Shown here: positions 1 to 13,435 of the stretch, piece by piece
Numbering within the stretch: position 1 is the stretch's first letter
Layout: the number at the start of each line of letters is the position of its first letter
Source: Lingula anatina
Lineage: Eukaryota; Animalia; Brachiopoda
Length of the DNA stretch: 64,000 bases
NCBI GenBank assembly: GCA_051362555.1
Contig: CM120646.1
Coordinates: 23,622,001 to 23,686,000, forward strand
Reading direction: 5' to 3'
Position numbers and translations under genes: made by a program
The notes under the pieces: model-generated
Seen by the model: the letters and a program-made list of their open reading frames with translations, nothing else
Told to the model about the DNA's origin: nothing
Databases searched by the model: none

Positions 1-542
1 AAGTGACCCGATCATGCTGATTTTCGAACTTGACCTGCGTATTAAGAATTTTCATCAGTTCTGTAAGTTTCAAGCCAAAAGGTAAAATGGTTTTCCACTT
101 ACTGTGTTATCGGTGCTGCATATATGCTGAAAAAGTGAAAAAACAGCATAAATTCCCTAAAAATGGCCCAATCATGCTGATTTTCGAACTTGACCTGCAT
201 ATTATGAAAATTCATCAGTTCTGTAAGTTTCAAGTCAAAAGGTACAATGGTTTTCCACTTATCGTGTTATCGGTGCTGCATATATGTTGAAAAAAGTGAA
301 AAAACAGCATAAATTCCCTAAGAGTGACCCGATCATGCTGATTTTCGAACTTGACCTGCGTATTATGAATATTCATCAGTTCTGCAAGTTTCAAATCAAA
401 AGGCAAAATGGTTTTCCACTTATCGTGTTATCGGTAAAAGTGCACGGCGACGGCGACGGCGACGACAGCGACGACGGCGACGGCGACGACAGACGCAGAT
501 GATGGCTATATGTACAGACACATCTGTGTCTGTACATAAAAA
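1..542 (+). mobile_element. 3' part of a Helentron-associated non-autonomous element (HINE/DINE-1-like) in a USP25 intron
   Basis: About 2.7 copies of a ~160-bp tandem unit (ATCATGCTGATTTTCGAACTTGACCTG at 11, 171, 332), then a (CGACGG)n microsatellite at ~445-492, then a perfect 13-bp stem-loop TATGTACAGACAC-atct-GTGTCTGTACATA (509-538) and an A-run. This order is the typical HINE architecture. Confidence 0.7.
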
Positions 543-588
543 GACATCAAGAGCATTCTATTCAGCAAATCCATGCTGCCAGACTCAC

Positions 589-829
589 CTGTCCATATAG
601 ATTGTCATAGGAAATTTTAATTTGTTGTGTATTTTTTCTGGCCTCCCCAGTGTTTGATTAAATTGAAATCTTGACAGCTCAAAGGTCAAGAAAGGAGGAA
701 GTCTTGTAAACCATTGCTGAAAACACAACAACACAATGAAAATAGTTAGAATCAGTTTTTATAAAATGTCAGTGCAAATTTTCAAGATTTAAAGTGTACA
801 GTAAGCAGATATACCACTTTTATGAGAAA

Positions 830-860
<31 letters not shown>

Positions 861-3800
861 AGCACCTGACTTATTTTAAGATAGTTTACCTCCTGGCCAG
901 ATTTAGATGAGGACTCCCCAGTGACAGTCTCAATCTCTCCCTGTGCTGTGGCATTCTCAAGACTCTCATGGATGTCATGGAAACCGTTCACTTGGAGAGG
1001 AAACTGACCAAATGTCTCCTGTCTGCAGAAAGCTTTGCCTGGAAATAAACCACAGTTATGTGGATTGATACACAAATTATGTTGTTTTATATACAAATTA
1101 TGTGAATTAATATACAAATTATGTTGATAAATATCAAAACTAATGGCACCCTGACATGTGCTTGCTGAACAAGGTGAAATAAAAACAAGGTCACTTGGAA
1201 ACTTGGAATATGCAGGCTCCATTATATATATTTACTCATTAAAAAAAAAAAAAAACTTTTGTCTGTGACTATTTCAATTAAAAATTTTCACCCACCGAAG
1301 GAATATTGGAAAACCAGATAATTCATATGAAAATATCCTCTTAAATGTTACAATAATAGACCTTAAACCATGCTCACTACCTTCATGGAATCCATCTGTG
1401 GTGACCTGGCCATAGAATAAATCTATCATGGGGTTTTTGGCACTACTAAGAGATTCTTCACTACTAGTTCTGAAATAAGAAAATCATAAGATTTTAACAT
1501 CTCTAAACATCACCTCAGCATTAATACACACAATAACTCTGATAAATCAGTGATTTCTAAACCTGGAATTCTATATCAGAACTTCATCTGACTGTTCAAC
1601 TTAGTTTTTTTTTTTCATTGCAGGTGTTATATTAAAATAAACAATCCTCATATCAGGAAAAAATATTCTGGTGTATGTCTGGCAGAAAAAAAGATTTCTA
1701 GCATGTAATTGCCACGTACAAAGATTTCTAACACATATGGCATGAGCTGAGTAACAAGTTCAGTAAGAACAAACATGCATTAGCTGTCAGTCCTACCAGT
1801 CACTGCTAATAATATGTTCAAGGCCAGATAAAACAGTGAGTGAGTATGAAAGCTAACATTTTGATTTTACAGTCAGTCTTATAAAAAGTCATTAGTGTTT
1901 TCCTAACTACTGGTCCAAATTATCACTGTATTTATAAAAATTTTCAGCATGTCTGGTTAGAGGCAGTCCCATATCCTTACCCTTGTGTAGGTGATGTAGG
2001 TCTGGAGTCATGACATGTGAAAGCTTCCTCCAGCCATTCTAGTAACTTGTGCTGAAACTCACTCACATCCTAGAATATATACAAGTTCTATTATTGAACT
2101 GATGGAAACATTTTAATTAATTAATTAATTAATTAATTTTTTAATTTATTTATGTATTATTTTTGCAACATGATAAAAGTACCTGTTGACTGTCACTGGT
2201 ACCGCTAGGAGAAGTGAAGGCTTCCTTTAAGATATCCACAGCCTTAGAAGGGTCAACATACTTCCTCTGAGACCCGATCATCAGCGCAAACAGACGCCGC
2301 AGCTCATGCATGAAACGCAGGTTACGCTTTTCCTGGGAAAATAGACAGAATTGCTGTTAATCTTTAATACTGGACACAATACCCTGTAGTAAAATGCTAA
2401 TATTAACCACAAGTCTATGTAACTGAACTTGTTAATGATGTCTTACTGGTTCACTGAAGACCTATAACCTAAGTCAACCGCTATCTGTGTGTAAATTGTT
2501 ATTGAAGTTTTAGTACATTAGTTAAAGTAAGTACTGTTTTGTCACAGTCCTGGTATAAATGTACTTAAATCAAAATAAGTCAACCAATCAATATAAAAAT
2601 AAAGTAATGGAATCGAGCCTATAAAAACCAGTGTGCTATGTCTACCTGTAGCGTTCCCTGTGGTGTCTCTGCTGGAGAGACAAAATTCAGCACCAAGTGG
2701 CGGAAGATAGGAAGATGAAACAATGACTGAAAACAAAGCATTGATTATTACAACTGACAACTTTAACTGCACTCAGCATCTAGAAACCAACTTCAGAAAA
2801 GGACTTCATTGAAAACGAATAAAACTAATTAAATATTATGTTCTATTTGAATTTCTCTGACACAAATATTATTTTGGCATTGTCATTAGTTACATTAAAT
2901 ATCTATGACATTTGCACTCTCCCTTAGACTTCATAGAGAGAAGGTTGAAAGTCATACATTGCTATGGCAACCAGAATTAACCCCACAGAAGCATTGCGTG
3001 CTAATCTGGAATATTTATTCTTCAGGGTTGCAATTATAAAATACAATAATCCTAAAACAACAACTCAACCAGGAAGAAAGAAATGATTGAGCCGATTTAG
3101 GGACTGGCAAGAATGTGGATCACTTTCTGGTTAAGGAAAAAAAGAATTTGACTGAATCCATCTTGTAAAACAGTTCTTGCAGTGGTTTTACCTGTATGAC
3201 TGCACTAAACCAACACGTGTTGCCCACATTTTTGAGCCCCACTGGCCACGCCTCCTTCCTTCTCCTCTCATATGGATTGAGGGGGTCAACAAACCAAATG
3301 TCGCCTCTTTTCCTTTTGGTGCCAGCTTTACTCTCTGCCAGACTCGCCTCAAGGATTCTGTATGGAAACAATTGAAGTATATCATCAAGATCAACAATAG
3401 TGTTATTTTATTATATATTTATTTTCATCAACTTATGTCAAAACAGTTTCTGAGAAAAAATTACACATATCTGTCAATAATGTAAACTATCTCATATAAA
3501 CTGATACTTTTGTTTCATCACGGCACATGTTCAAGGCCTATTTTCACCATGAAAATCTTAATTACAAAAGTAACACAACTTGTCAATTGGGCAGAGGAGG
3601 GATAGGCTACTATCCAGATTCCAGACTCGCCTACTAATATCTTGCTCCTCTCGCGAGATTTGTCCTCCCAGAATTCCCTGGTTGTCCTGCAGGCTGGCAG
3701 CGATGGCTTTCTGGAGCTGATCTTCATCATTGGTCAGGTCAACCACTACTGCAACAAAACCAAACTTGGAGATAAAAGGAGCAGCATTCTAAGACTTATT

Positions 3801-6480
3801 TAAATCTTACTACTTTTTACAACACAGCAACACTGCTGCAGTGTAATGGATTCCTGGTGGTGTATATTTTTGAACATCTAATGGTTAAATAAATCTTTAT
3901 CTTATCTCATCATCTCAGGCTGCCCAAACCATGCAAAACTTAGTTAGTAAAACCTGATGATTTTTCAATGACTTTTTGAATGGCAATACTCTTACTATTC
4001 TGGCATAAACTAACTGTCTTGCAATTATCTTTATGGTAGTAGCATATTGCAATCAATCTCCATAAATAAGCACACTTTGGGCTTAAAATGGCATTTTGGT
4101 GTTCCTTATCACATACTGTTCACAACAGTTTGAAAACTTCTGTTTCTATGATCATGAGGTCTCTCACAAATCAAAATGAAGCCTCAAAACTGCAATGCAT
4201 ATATATTGTGTAATTTTTCTTGTTTATGCTATCTATCAGTTATTTACTCCACTGGACTCCACCGGACTACCTACATGCACTGTCACTCTTAGACTTGCAT
4301 GTATTCACAGGGATACCTACATGCACTGTCACTCTTAGACTTGTGTGTATTCACAGGGATACCTACATGCACTGTCACTCTTAGACTTGCGTGTATTCAC
4401 AGGGATACCTACATGCACTGTCACTCTTAGACTTGAGTGTGTTCACAGGGATACCTACATGCACTGTCACTCTTAGACTTGTGTGTATTCACAGGGATAC
4501 CTACATGCACTGTCACTCTTAGACTTGTGTGTATTCACAGGGATACCTACATGCACTGTCACTCTTAGACTTGTGTGTGTTCACAGGGATACCTACATGC
4601 ACTGTCACTCTTAGATTTGCGTGTGTTCACAGGGACATCTGTGGCATCCGTGGGCTGGGTGATAATCTTGGTTGTCGTCTGCTCCGTGTCCTTCTCTGGT
4701 TTCTCTACAGGCTCCTGAAATGACACTTCTCCTTCAGTACAACAGTATGTAGCTGCTGAAATAACTCTTTTCCTTCAGCAGTGTTTATGAAGTCAGGGGA
4801 GATTGGTCTTGACCAAGTAGCTTTGATGCACAGAAAAATTGCTATAATAATTTATAAGTTGCTTAAGTCAAAATAAAACTACAGCAAAGAATGTATCCCA
4901 ATTAATTTTTTTTTTCTCAATGAAATGCCTCACAGGGGAGGTCAAACAATGGTTGGCGAACCAGCGAACCAGTCTGTCACAGATAAAAAAGTTACAATTG
5001 TCTTGTTCACGGGGATTATTATGTGGATTATTATGGATTATCCTCATCCTGTCCACTATACGTACCGGTTTCTGCTGTGTGGGTTTGATGGTCGCCACTT
5101 CCGAGACGAGCAGAGAGACCACCTCAGACAAGTCATACTTCCCCTGCTCTGTACAGCAAGCTGATATAGCCTGGCTGATCACCTTGACATCCTCAATACC
5201 CGTCACCTCCTTTATCTGCTCTAACACATTGGGTTCTATACGTACTGGACGCTCTGGCTGTAAAGGACATAATAGACAATACTGAGATAGCAGCAGGTCA
5301 AATGACAACATGTAAAACAACACAGCATTATCATCATAAAATCATAAACATACTCTCGTGGTGGGGGGAATGGCCACAACAAACTGACTTCTTCTTGTGA
5401 GAAATTCCTTAGAAATTGTTTCTCCACCCAGAAACAAACTCTCGTATAATCACATTGCTCATGGGACTGACACTGAAACTCTGTTCTGCTTAGAAGGTTG
5501 TTTTCTGGCTGGAAAAATATTAAGTCATTACATAGTAATTGACCCATGCTAGAGGGATGGGAGTGAAGGACTAGACTAGTTTACATTTTTCTGCTATGAA
5601 AATTGAGTCCATTCATTTATAACTAGGTCCAATCAAGCAATATCAGATTATTAAGCACCCACTTCATTTCACTCCCAGTGTTGTAAACATAGTTCATATC
5701 CTCCTCAAGGTCAACTTGGGTCAAGTAGGCATCATCTACAGTAATAGCTCTATGACAGGTGCCTTGACTGGTTATATAATATATAACTTTAAATTCTTTG
5801 CATGTATAGGAAGATTGGGTATCAACTTCACTGTACACAGTAATAACTGATACAGTTTGTTCTTCAATGGATAAAAATTTCCTAAATAATCTGTACAAAT
5901 TAAACCACCTTCATGCAAAATGGGTGCAAATAGAAAGTGGACAACAAACACTGCAAGATCTTCTCTTTTTCATGTTTGCAGTAAAATTGAAAATCATCAC
6001 TTGAACACCATTTTTGCACTTCAGCAGCAAAAATCTTAGTCTGCAAGGAGAGAGGCTCTGTCACTAGCTGCAGTATTGAAAGTGCAAGCTGAAGTTGAGG
6101 TGCAAGATATAACTAAGGGGGTAGGGTCAGTTTGCTGATATACAGCACATAACATGCTATTGATTTCTTATATTAAATGTTACTATCTGCAGGTAACATC
6201 ATAACAAATCGTACAACTTCTTTTATGTATAAATTAGTCAAACCTGGACAGTGTATATAAGGGGATTTCCGACACCAATGCGTAATACTGAACGCGTTGG
6301 GTGCCCAGCGTCTGAGACAGCGCCGCGTTTTATCGATATGAGGAAGCATACAGCTTATGATTTAGTATACATTCGCTCTAATGCTTAGTCATTTTGACAT
6401 GAAGTTGCTGAGTTATAAAGAGGACGACTTACCTGGTTCTTATTATAAGATTGCGGTAGCAATGACTGCTCTACAGTCAT
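589..6480 (-). CDS. USP25: Ubiquitin carboxyl-terminal hydrolase 25/28, first 11 coding exons; the gene continues beyond the left edge
   Basis: Phase-consistent exons 6480-6433, 5257-5066, 4714-4597, 3748-3631, 3357-3192, 2726-2646, 2332-2183, 2069-1981, 1469-1381, 1038-890, 716-589. The N-terminus MTVEQSLL resembles USP25 MTVEQ. Also present: a UBA-like exon, SIM/UIM region [19 protein letters not shown], Cys-box [38 protein letters not shown] and [16 protein letters not shown]. Probably the single invertebrate USP25/28 pro-orthologue. Confidence 0.95.
4269..4636. repeat. 46-bp minisatellite x8 containing the end of USP25 exon 3 and its 5' splice site
   Basis: Unit ACCTACATGCACTGTCACTCTTAGACTTGTGTGTATTCACAGGGAT repeats at 4269+46n up to 4591. 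On the minus strand each unit has GCAT|GTAGGT. Confidence 0.95.
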
Positions 6481-7073
6481 GTTGGAGTTGTAAACATGGC
6501 GCTTACGGAAGAGCAAAACTGCTCCCTCACAATATCAATCACTTCAGAGAGAACTTTATGAAAGTCATCGATTTTTTGTTTAAAACTGCCCAAATGTAAA
6601 CAAAATATTAAATAAAACCCAACAGAGGAGACGTCTTAACAATTCATCCTTTTTTTCGTACATTTTATTTCATCAAATATAGACATTTGAAGGTGAATGT
6701 CCAATTGATCGAAGAGCCGAAGGATTCCACTCATCATCACCGCCATAACCTGGACATTGATTGGCTGTACCTCATCATTCATACTCACAAACACGGAGGA
6801 AATAAATGATGTCTGCTGCGCCTAAAGAAAACTCTTTGCTAAATCTTAATAAAAACTTAATAGGTATATATATTACATCATGTGTGTTTAAAAAGAAGAA
6901 TCAATGTTTTACTTTTTGATAAATAACATTTCTCTGTGAACCAACTATTAACCAATCACCAATAGCTTTTCAAGAAGCCTAGGCTAATAAACATGGCGCC
7001 TCCCATGGAATGATTGAACTGAGGCATTATTGTTGAATTTTCACCCCTTTAGATAGCTTTCTTACCACTCAGA
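6481..7073. promoter_or_regulatory. Bidirectional promoter region USP25/GPR89
   Basis: Start codons diverge ~590 bp apart. Locally CpG-richer, with YY1-type AACATGGCG at ~6493 and ~6990 and CCAAT/ATTGG at ~6759, 6952 and 6959. Confidence 0.7.
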
Positions 7074-10000
7074 ATGTCATTTCTCGTGGATTCTTGTGTG
7101 ATGTTCTTTTCTCAGGTAAGAACAAGTTTGGTTGACGAAGCTTAGTTTGGATTTTACAAAAGTGAATTTGAAATGCCGTGCTGTGACGGATGTGTCACCG
7201 TTTACTGCAGTGACACCTGTCTTTAGGCTGTACTTAATTCCTTTCATAACTCACAGCCTAAAGAATTCTGCCCTAGCAACTGGACCTTCACTTAGCTACA
7301 GCCAAATGAATCATCAGTGCACTGAAATATCTTTCTGAAACACACACACACACACGCATACACAAACAGATCTTAATTAATCATTTTACAGTTTTTGTGT
7401 TGCAAAGTGATTTACTTTCATTTCCACAAACACCATCTTGAAATTATTATCCGTGTAGTTTTCCTTTAGAAGTGCCAGAACATTAAACTTTATTATTATG
7501 GAGACCTACTCAACATAATTATGTTTTGTATTTTTATTTCAATTTTTGTTTATTTCAGATCATCTTCTTTGCAGGAGGATGGGTATTTTTCTTAAAGCAG
7601 CTTTTTAGAGATTATGAGGTTTGAGTTGCGACTTCTTTCCCTATCACACATGAGTATAAATTCACTTTTTAAATACTAAATACGACTTTAAAGAAAAAAA
7701 TAAATAAAAAGAAAGAGATTATCTAATTTTGAAAATTTCATTCTGCATACAAAGTGTAAGTCTACAGTTTGTTTCTCAAATACATTCTCCGTTTCCATTA
7801 GAAGATGTGGAGAACGGCAAATTGACATCAGTTATAACTTATTTATTTTTCATAGGTGCACCATTTTGTTGTGTTGCTGTGTTTCTCTGTGACCTTTGCC
7901 TTGTCCTGTGCCATGTTTGAACTGATTATATTTGAAATTTTGGGGGTTCTAGATGCAAGGTAGGCTGTGAAGGAACAGGGTATATCAGGTTACTTATTTT
8001 AAGTAGTGGATGCTTATTCTCTCCTCTTTGTCATTGATGACATGATTCTGTAACTTACAATAAAAAGCAATATGTTTTGAATATCAATTACATTTGAAAT
8101 AGAGAAACTGTTTTATATTTAAAAGAAAAAAAATATGTGTTGTAATGATGTGTTGTCTTTTTTTGAAGTATCATTTACCACTTATTCTATATCATTGAGC
8201 TTGAACTAAAATCTAACTACTTGATTGTGATTATTTTTGTGATAATTCTAATTCAGCTCCAGAAAGTTTCACTGGTATGTAGGTCTGTATGCCATGCTGC
8301 TGTTCCTTATCATTGTACTGCCATATTACATTGCCTACTTTGTGGTCAGTAACGTCCAGTTTGGTAAGGGTCAACAGTACTTCGTGGTACTGAATTTTAT
8401 ATCAAACTATTATATAATACAGCCAATATATAACATATATTATTTTTTCACTCATTTTGTATTAAAGAACTAGAGCTATACCTAAAGAACTATATCTAAG
8501 TTCTAAAAATAGAAATTCTGGTGATTAATTATGAGATGTGAGTATTTTTACAGTTTTTCATTTTAAGTGTATAACTTTTATATATACATACACGTTATAT
8601 GTGACCTGCAATATATATATATATAATGAAATGATTGAATTAAAAACTATTATAATGGTAATTTATAAAGAACTGCTAATAATCATCCTGTTTTGGTATC
8701 CTTTTCAGTGTCCCAAAAGAAGCATATCAGGATTGGTTTGACCACCATTGCTTGGCTTATTTATCTGTACTTCTTCTGGAAGATAGGAGACCCCTTCCCT
8801 ATACACAGTGTTAAGTATGGTAATGATATTATTATTATTATTATTATTATGAAACAATTGGCTCACTTATCTGTACTTCATCTGGAAGAAAGGCGACCCC
8901 TTTCCTATTCACAGTGTCAAGTATGATATACACAATACTGTAAGCAGATTCCGCAGAGGTGGAACTAGACACATAAATTCTATATTCCAGACTACATCTC
9001 TATAGAGCAGTATATAGGCAGAGTGGGGGTGATAGGAGTGACACTGATGGCAGTGTTGTCTGGGTTTGGTGCTGTCAACTATCCTTACACATCCATGTTT
9101 TATTTTATCAGGTAAGAAGAAAGGTGTGATGATGAAAATAAAAAAAATTTAGGTTGTGTTCACAATGAAACTGTTTTACTAGGTAATTCATGTTAACTCC
9201 ATAGAGACTCTTGCTAAATGCAAGCAGATTAACAATATGCCTCCTCTCGTTTCTTAAAGGGATAATAACTCTTTGTTTTGAGCAAAAAATGAATTTCCCT
9301 GGAGTAAACAACAATTTTTTTCATACTTACCAATGGTTAATGAATCCATTTTTACATTCAAAGTTAGTCCCTGGTTTATTTCAAAAAAGTTTGCTTTTTT
9401 GTTATAATCTCTTAAGAGATTATAACAGAGCATGGCCATCAATGGAGGTCACGTGGTCTAAAGACGAGCTCAGACATCAGAATAATAGCTATAACTGCAG
9501 TTTTTGTGGTACAGCAGAAAATATTATATTTCTATGAGCTGTTCACAATGTTTTTATTGGTTTAATTAACAATTTCCGTCAAATGGATTTATCTTCTCTC
9601 TGTCTCTTCCCTTCATCAGACCAGTTAGTGATGCAGACATTCAGATGGTAGAGAGGAGACTTATGCAAACTATTGACATGATCTTAATGAAAAAGAAAAG
9701 GTACGATCTAAAAGTCATATGTTAATTTATCTAGACACTATTACAATTGTCTTGAAATGAATGAGATCGGTGAAATATTTGAAAAGTTTTACCTCTCTGT
9801 TTGTGAACATGCCTGTTATGTATGAATTTATTTATTAACTCACTTATTATGTAGAAATAATAATACAGTAAATATTACTAGATAAATGAAGAATCGATAA
9901 TGTGTTATTGTTGCAGAATTGCTGTAGCCAAGAGGGAGGCCATGCAGAGAACCAACACAGGGGAGAGCCGGAGTGGGATTTGGGGACTAGTGAAAAGTTT

Positions 10001-12765
10001 CGCTTCTGCAGGCAGTGGAGAAAGTATCCTTTCATGACCAAGCTGGGTAAAAGATGTGTTCATAGTTTGGGGGGTTGGGTGTCTTTGATTTAAATTTTGG
10101 TTCATTGGCTTTGTCCTGTTCAGCAAAACGGGATATATTGAGTACTAGATAAACATGAGGAAGAATATAAAATAACTGCTCAGAGCTTTTCAGATACTGT
10201 AACAACTGTTAAAGGCAGTCAAGACATATCATACACTTTCCTTAACTTCAACACTCAGATTTAGGTCAACTTCGCCAGGAGGCAGATGCCTTGGAGGAGC
10301 TAAGTAGACAGCTGTTCCTGGAAACAGTAGATTTACATAACACTCAGGTTAGTGGCTTGTCTTGACTGCTGCTACCATCTAGTGTGGGTAATATTTATAT
10401 TGTATATACAAATATCTATTTTAATATATTACGGGCATGTTGCATTTTATCTGTTTGAAAGTTAAAGTATCTACATATTTTTTCAGATTGGGAACAAGTT
10501 AAAAAATAATGATTGCGTCAGTTTCGGAGAATGTGATTGTCAAAATTAAGTAATACTATCTACATTTCAGGAAAGGATGGAGTATTCTAAGACTTTTAAG
10601 GGAAAATATTTTAATTTCCTTGGATATTTTTTCTCAGTCTATTGTTGTTGTAAAATATGTCTGGTAAGTAGGATTGGATAGTAAACTTCTTTTTCATCTG
10701 CAACATCACTGAAAGAAATATAGACTAACTTATAACTTACAAAGACAATATAACTTAGATTTAAATTAACATACAAATTACAAAGAAAGTTAAGTAATGA
10801 AATTTAAAATTGTATGTGCATTGAACCAATAATTTTCTTTCAAGTAAATTTAAATAAAAATTGTTAATGTGTATCTGTCAGTTGTACTGTGTACACTGAC
10901 AACTTTTAATATTAATTACATAGAATGTTACGTGATGCTGTGTGTACATTCCAGGCCACAATCAATATAGTATTTGACAGAGTAGGGAAGACAGATCCTG
11001 TGACTAGAGGAATAGAAATAGCTGTCAAATACTTTGGAATTCAGTTTGATGTAAGTGGTGATTTCATCTTTACTGTTAGCTGTACTTCAAAAAGATAGTT
11101 GGTCTGAACTTAAAGTTAGTTTGTTTTTACCTTGTAATTGTTGGCCTCAAATTAAAAGAGTTGATCTGAAATTGAAGTTTTGTGAACTTGACCCAAGGTT
11201 ACTTGATCATAATCCACTTACTGAAATGATTTATGAAACTGATCAATCAGCTGATGCTTTAGATCAATAGTGACATTATTTAGCATTTTACTATGGATTT
11301 ATCCTTAATGAAAGCATACCTGAATTAAGTTAAAGTAAAATTTTGGTTTGAACTCCTTAATGTAATGGTCACAGAGGTGTATTTTGTGAGTTGATGGGAA
11401 AAGTTACTGTGGTTCTAATTTGAATGTTAATGTGGATACTTAACAATTTCAGGTGAAATTCTTCTCCCAGCACATATCTTTCTTTTTAGTTGGAATCATC
11501 GTGGTGACATCTATAAGGGGTTTGTTGATAACTCTTACTAAGGTAAGCTGTATGTTTTATGTTCAAGCAGTCACTCTCAACCCAAACAGGAACTATCAAA
11601 ATAGGACAACATAAGTTGAAAAAAAATTATTTCTGAAGATAATTGCCTAAGTATGGTAGACTATGTATATCTTGGACACTTTGGGACCCAATAATTTGAG
11701 CACTTTGAAGTTTCAAGTACATCAAAGGTAGTAAATGTCAGCTACTATGGTAGAAAAGTCTCTGTTCATTCACATTTGCACAAGATTAGCTTTGAATTAC
11801 AAGGTGACAAGTAATACAGACTCTGCTCTGCCTTCTATTACATTTTCTGAAGTAGGTGGAAATATATAGTTTGTTTAAAGTTTTGAAAATATTTTTGACA
11901 CCATCTCCAGCTTTTTTTGTATGGATACAACCCAAACATTTAGCATTGTGGCTTTTTTCTCATTGGGTTCATCTTTTTCAGTTTTTCTATGCCATAGCCA
12001 GTAACAAATCTTCCAATGTGATAGTGTTAGCTCTTGCTCAGATTATGGTAAGTTGTAGCTGGGTTAATCATTTGTTGAACAAACTGAATTGCTTTGCTTG
12101 ATAGTGATACTGTTACAGTGGCCCCACCTTATTGTGCAGACACTGTGACAGGGGACTTTTGAAGGTCTTTTCAAATTCATGTATGATATCCGTCATATTT
12201 TGTTCTAATTTAAAAGAGGTTGAGTAGACATAATGGTTAAGATTTGTTTCAACTCAGTGATCAAAGGTTGAATGATTTGACATATTTGACATGACAGTGT
12301 ATTCCATTTCAGGGAATGTATTTTGTATCCTCTGTTTTGCTGATGAGGATGAACATGCCTTCTGAATATAGGTAAGAATATTTTCTATGTAGATTCTATA
12401 AAATTGCAGTGATATAGACATCTTATTATGATTAGCTGCTCAAAGGGAACCATTCTAATCCCTCTGCTGCCCCACCCATAGCCACCAATGTGTTTAACTG
12501 AGTAATATATCTAATTATGATTAGATCACCACAGCCCAGAGGATTAACTGGGTGATAAAATCTTTACTTGGAGCACAAGCTGGAGATTTCTAGTTAAATG
12601 TCTTTCTTCATCTATTTCAGGTCTATCATCACAGATGTTTTGGGAGATCTGCAGTTTAATTTCTACCACAGGTGGTTTGATGTCATCTTCTTGGTCAGCG
12701 CACTCTCCAGTATTTGCTTCCTGTATATCGCTCACAAACAGGCGCCAGAAAAGAACATCACATAG
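7074..12765 (+). CDS. GPR89: Golgi pH regulator (GPR89/GPHR), complete, 15 coding exons
   Basis: Exons 7074-7115, 7559-7618, 7856-7959, 8257-8363, 8709-8819, 8991-9111, 9620-9700, 9917-10023, 10259-10347, 10571-10663, 10955-11050, 11453-11542, 11982-12047, 12313-12371, 12621-12765. Peptides: [111 protein letters not shown] at ~12818 and ~12947. Confidence 0.96.
10024..10258 (+). other. U12-type (minor spliceosome) GT-AG intron in GPR89
   Basis: 5' site GTATCCTTT at 10024 and branch TTTCCTTAAC at 10237-10246, 12 nt before the end of the intron. Removal restores the frame ([18 protein letters not shown]). Confidence 0.92.
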
Positions 12766-13435
12766 CAGAGCAAGAACAATTAGAGCAATTTCGCCATAAT
12801 GATGTTTTGCTCTTCAAAATAAAATGCATCAAATGTTTATTTATTAATTAAATATTATCTATTGGTGGACAAGTTGTATATTTCAAAGCTTGGGTAAGGT
12901 GATTGGTTTTATGTTCTAAATGATAGTCAATATGAATGGAGGGATAAATAAACAAAATTCAATTGCCATTGCCATTGTTTTTATTGAGTTTTTGTGTATT
13001 TTTATAGTCGGAATGATCAACTGATTTTCATATGTAATAAAATCTGCAAAATTGTTGCTCAGAAAATGTAAACTGGTTTCATTTTAAGTTATATTTTTGG
13101 ATACAACAGTTTAAACTTGTCCTCATCTCCGTTTCTTATTGTGGGGAAAAATAGTTCACAAAAACCCTGACTCAAAATAAATAGTCCATGACTCCAGGCA
13201 AGTGCCCTGCCTAATAGACTACAGATTTCTTGCAAAAACACTATATTAATAAGCCCAGACTTTTTTTTTTTACTGTTGAATATCACATTGCTGACATACA
13301 TTTGTGAAGGTCAATTTCTCCTCACTGTTTCTGCTACTTTAGACAAGTTTAGTAACAAAACTCTTCACAGGGGGTATTATTACTTGTAACTATACTTGTA
13401 ACAGTCTTAACTTTGTGACTGTCACAGTAGGTATT

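Noticed and set aside
30-502. ORF-track ORFs 30-290 and 284-502 as genes
   Set aside because: They translate the 160-bp repeat and microsatellite inside a USP25 intron.
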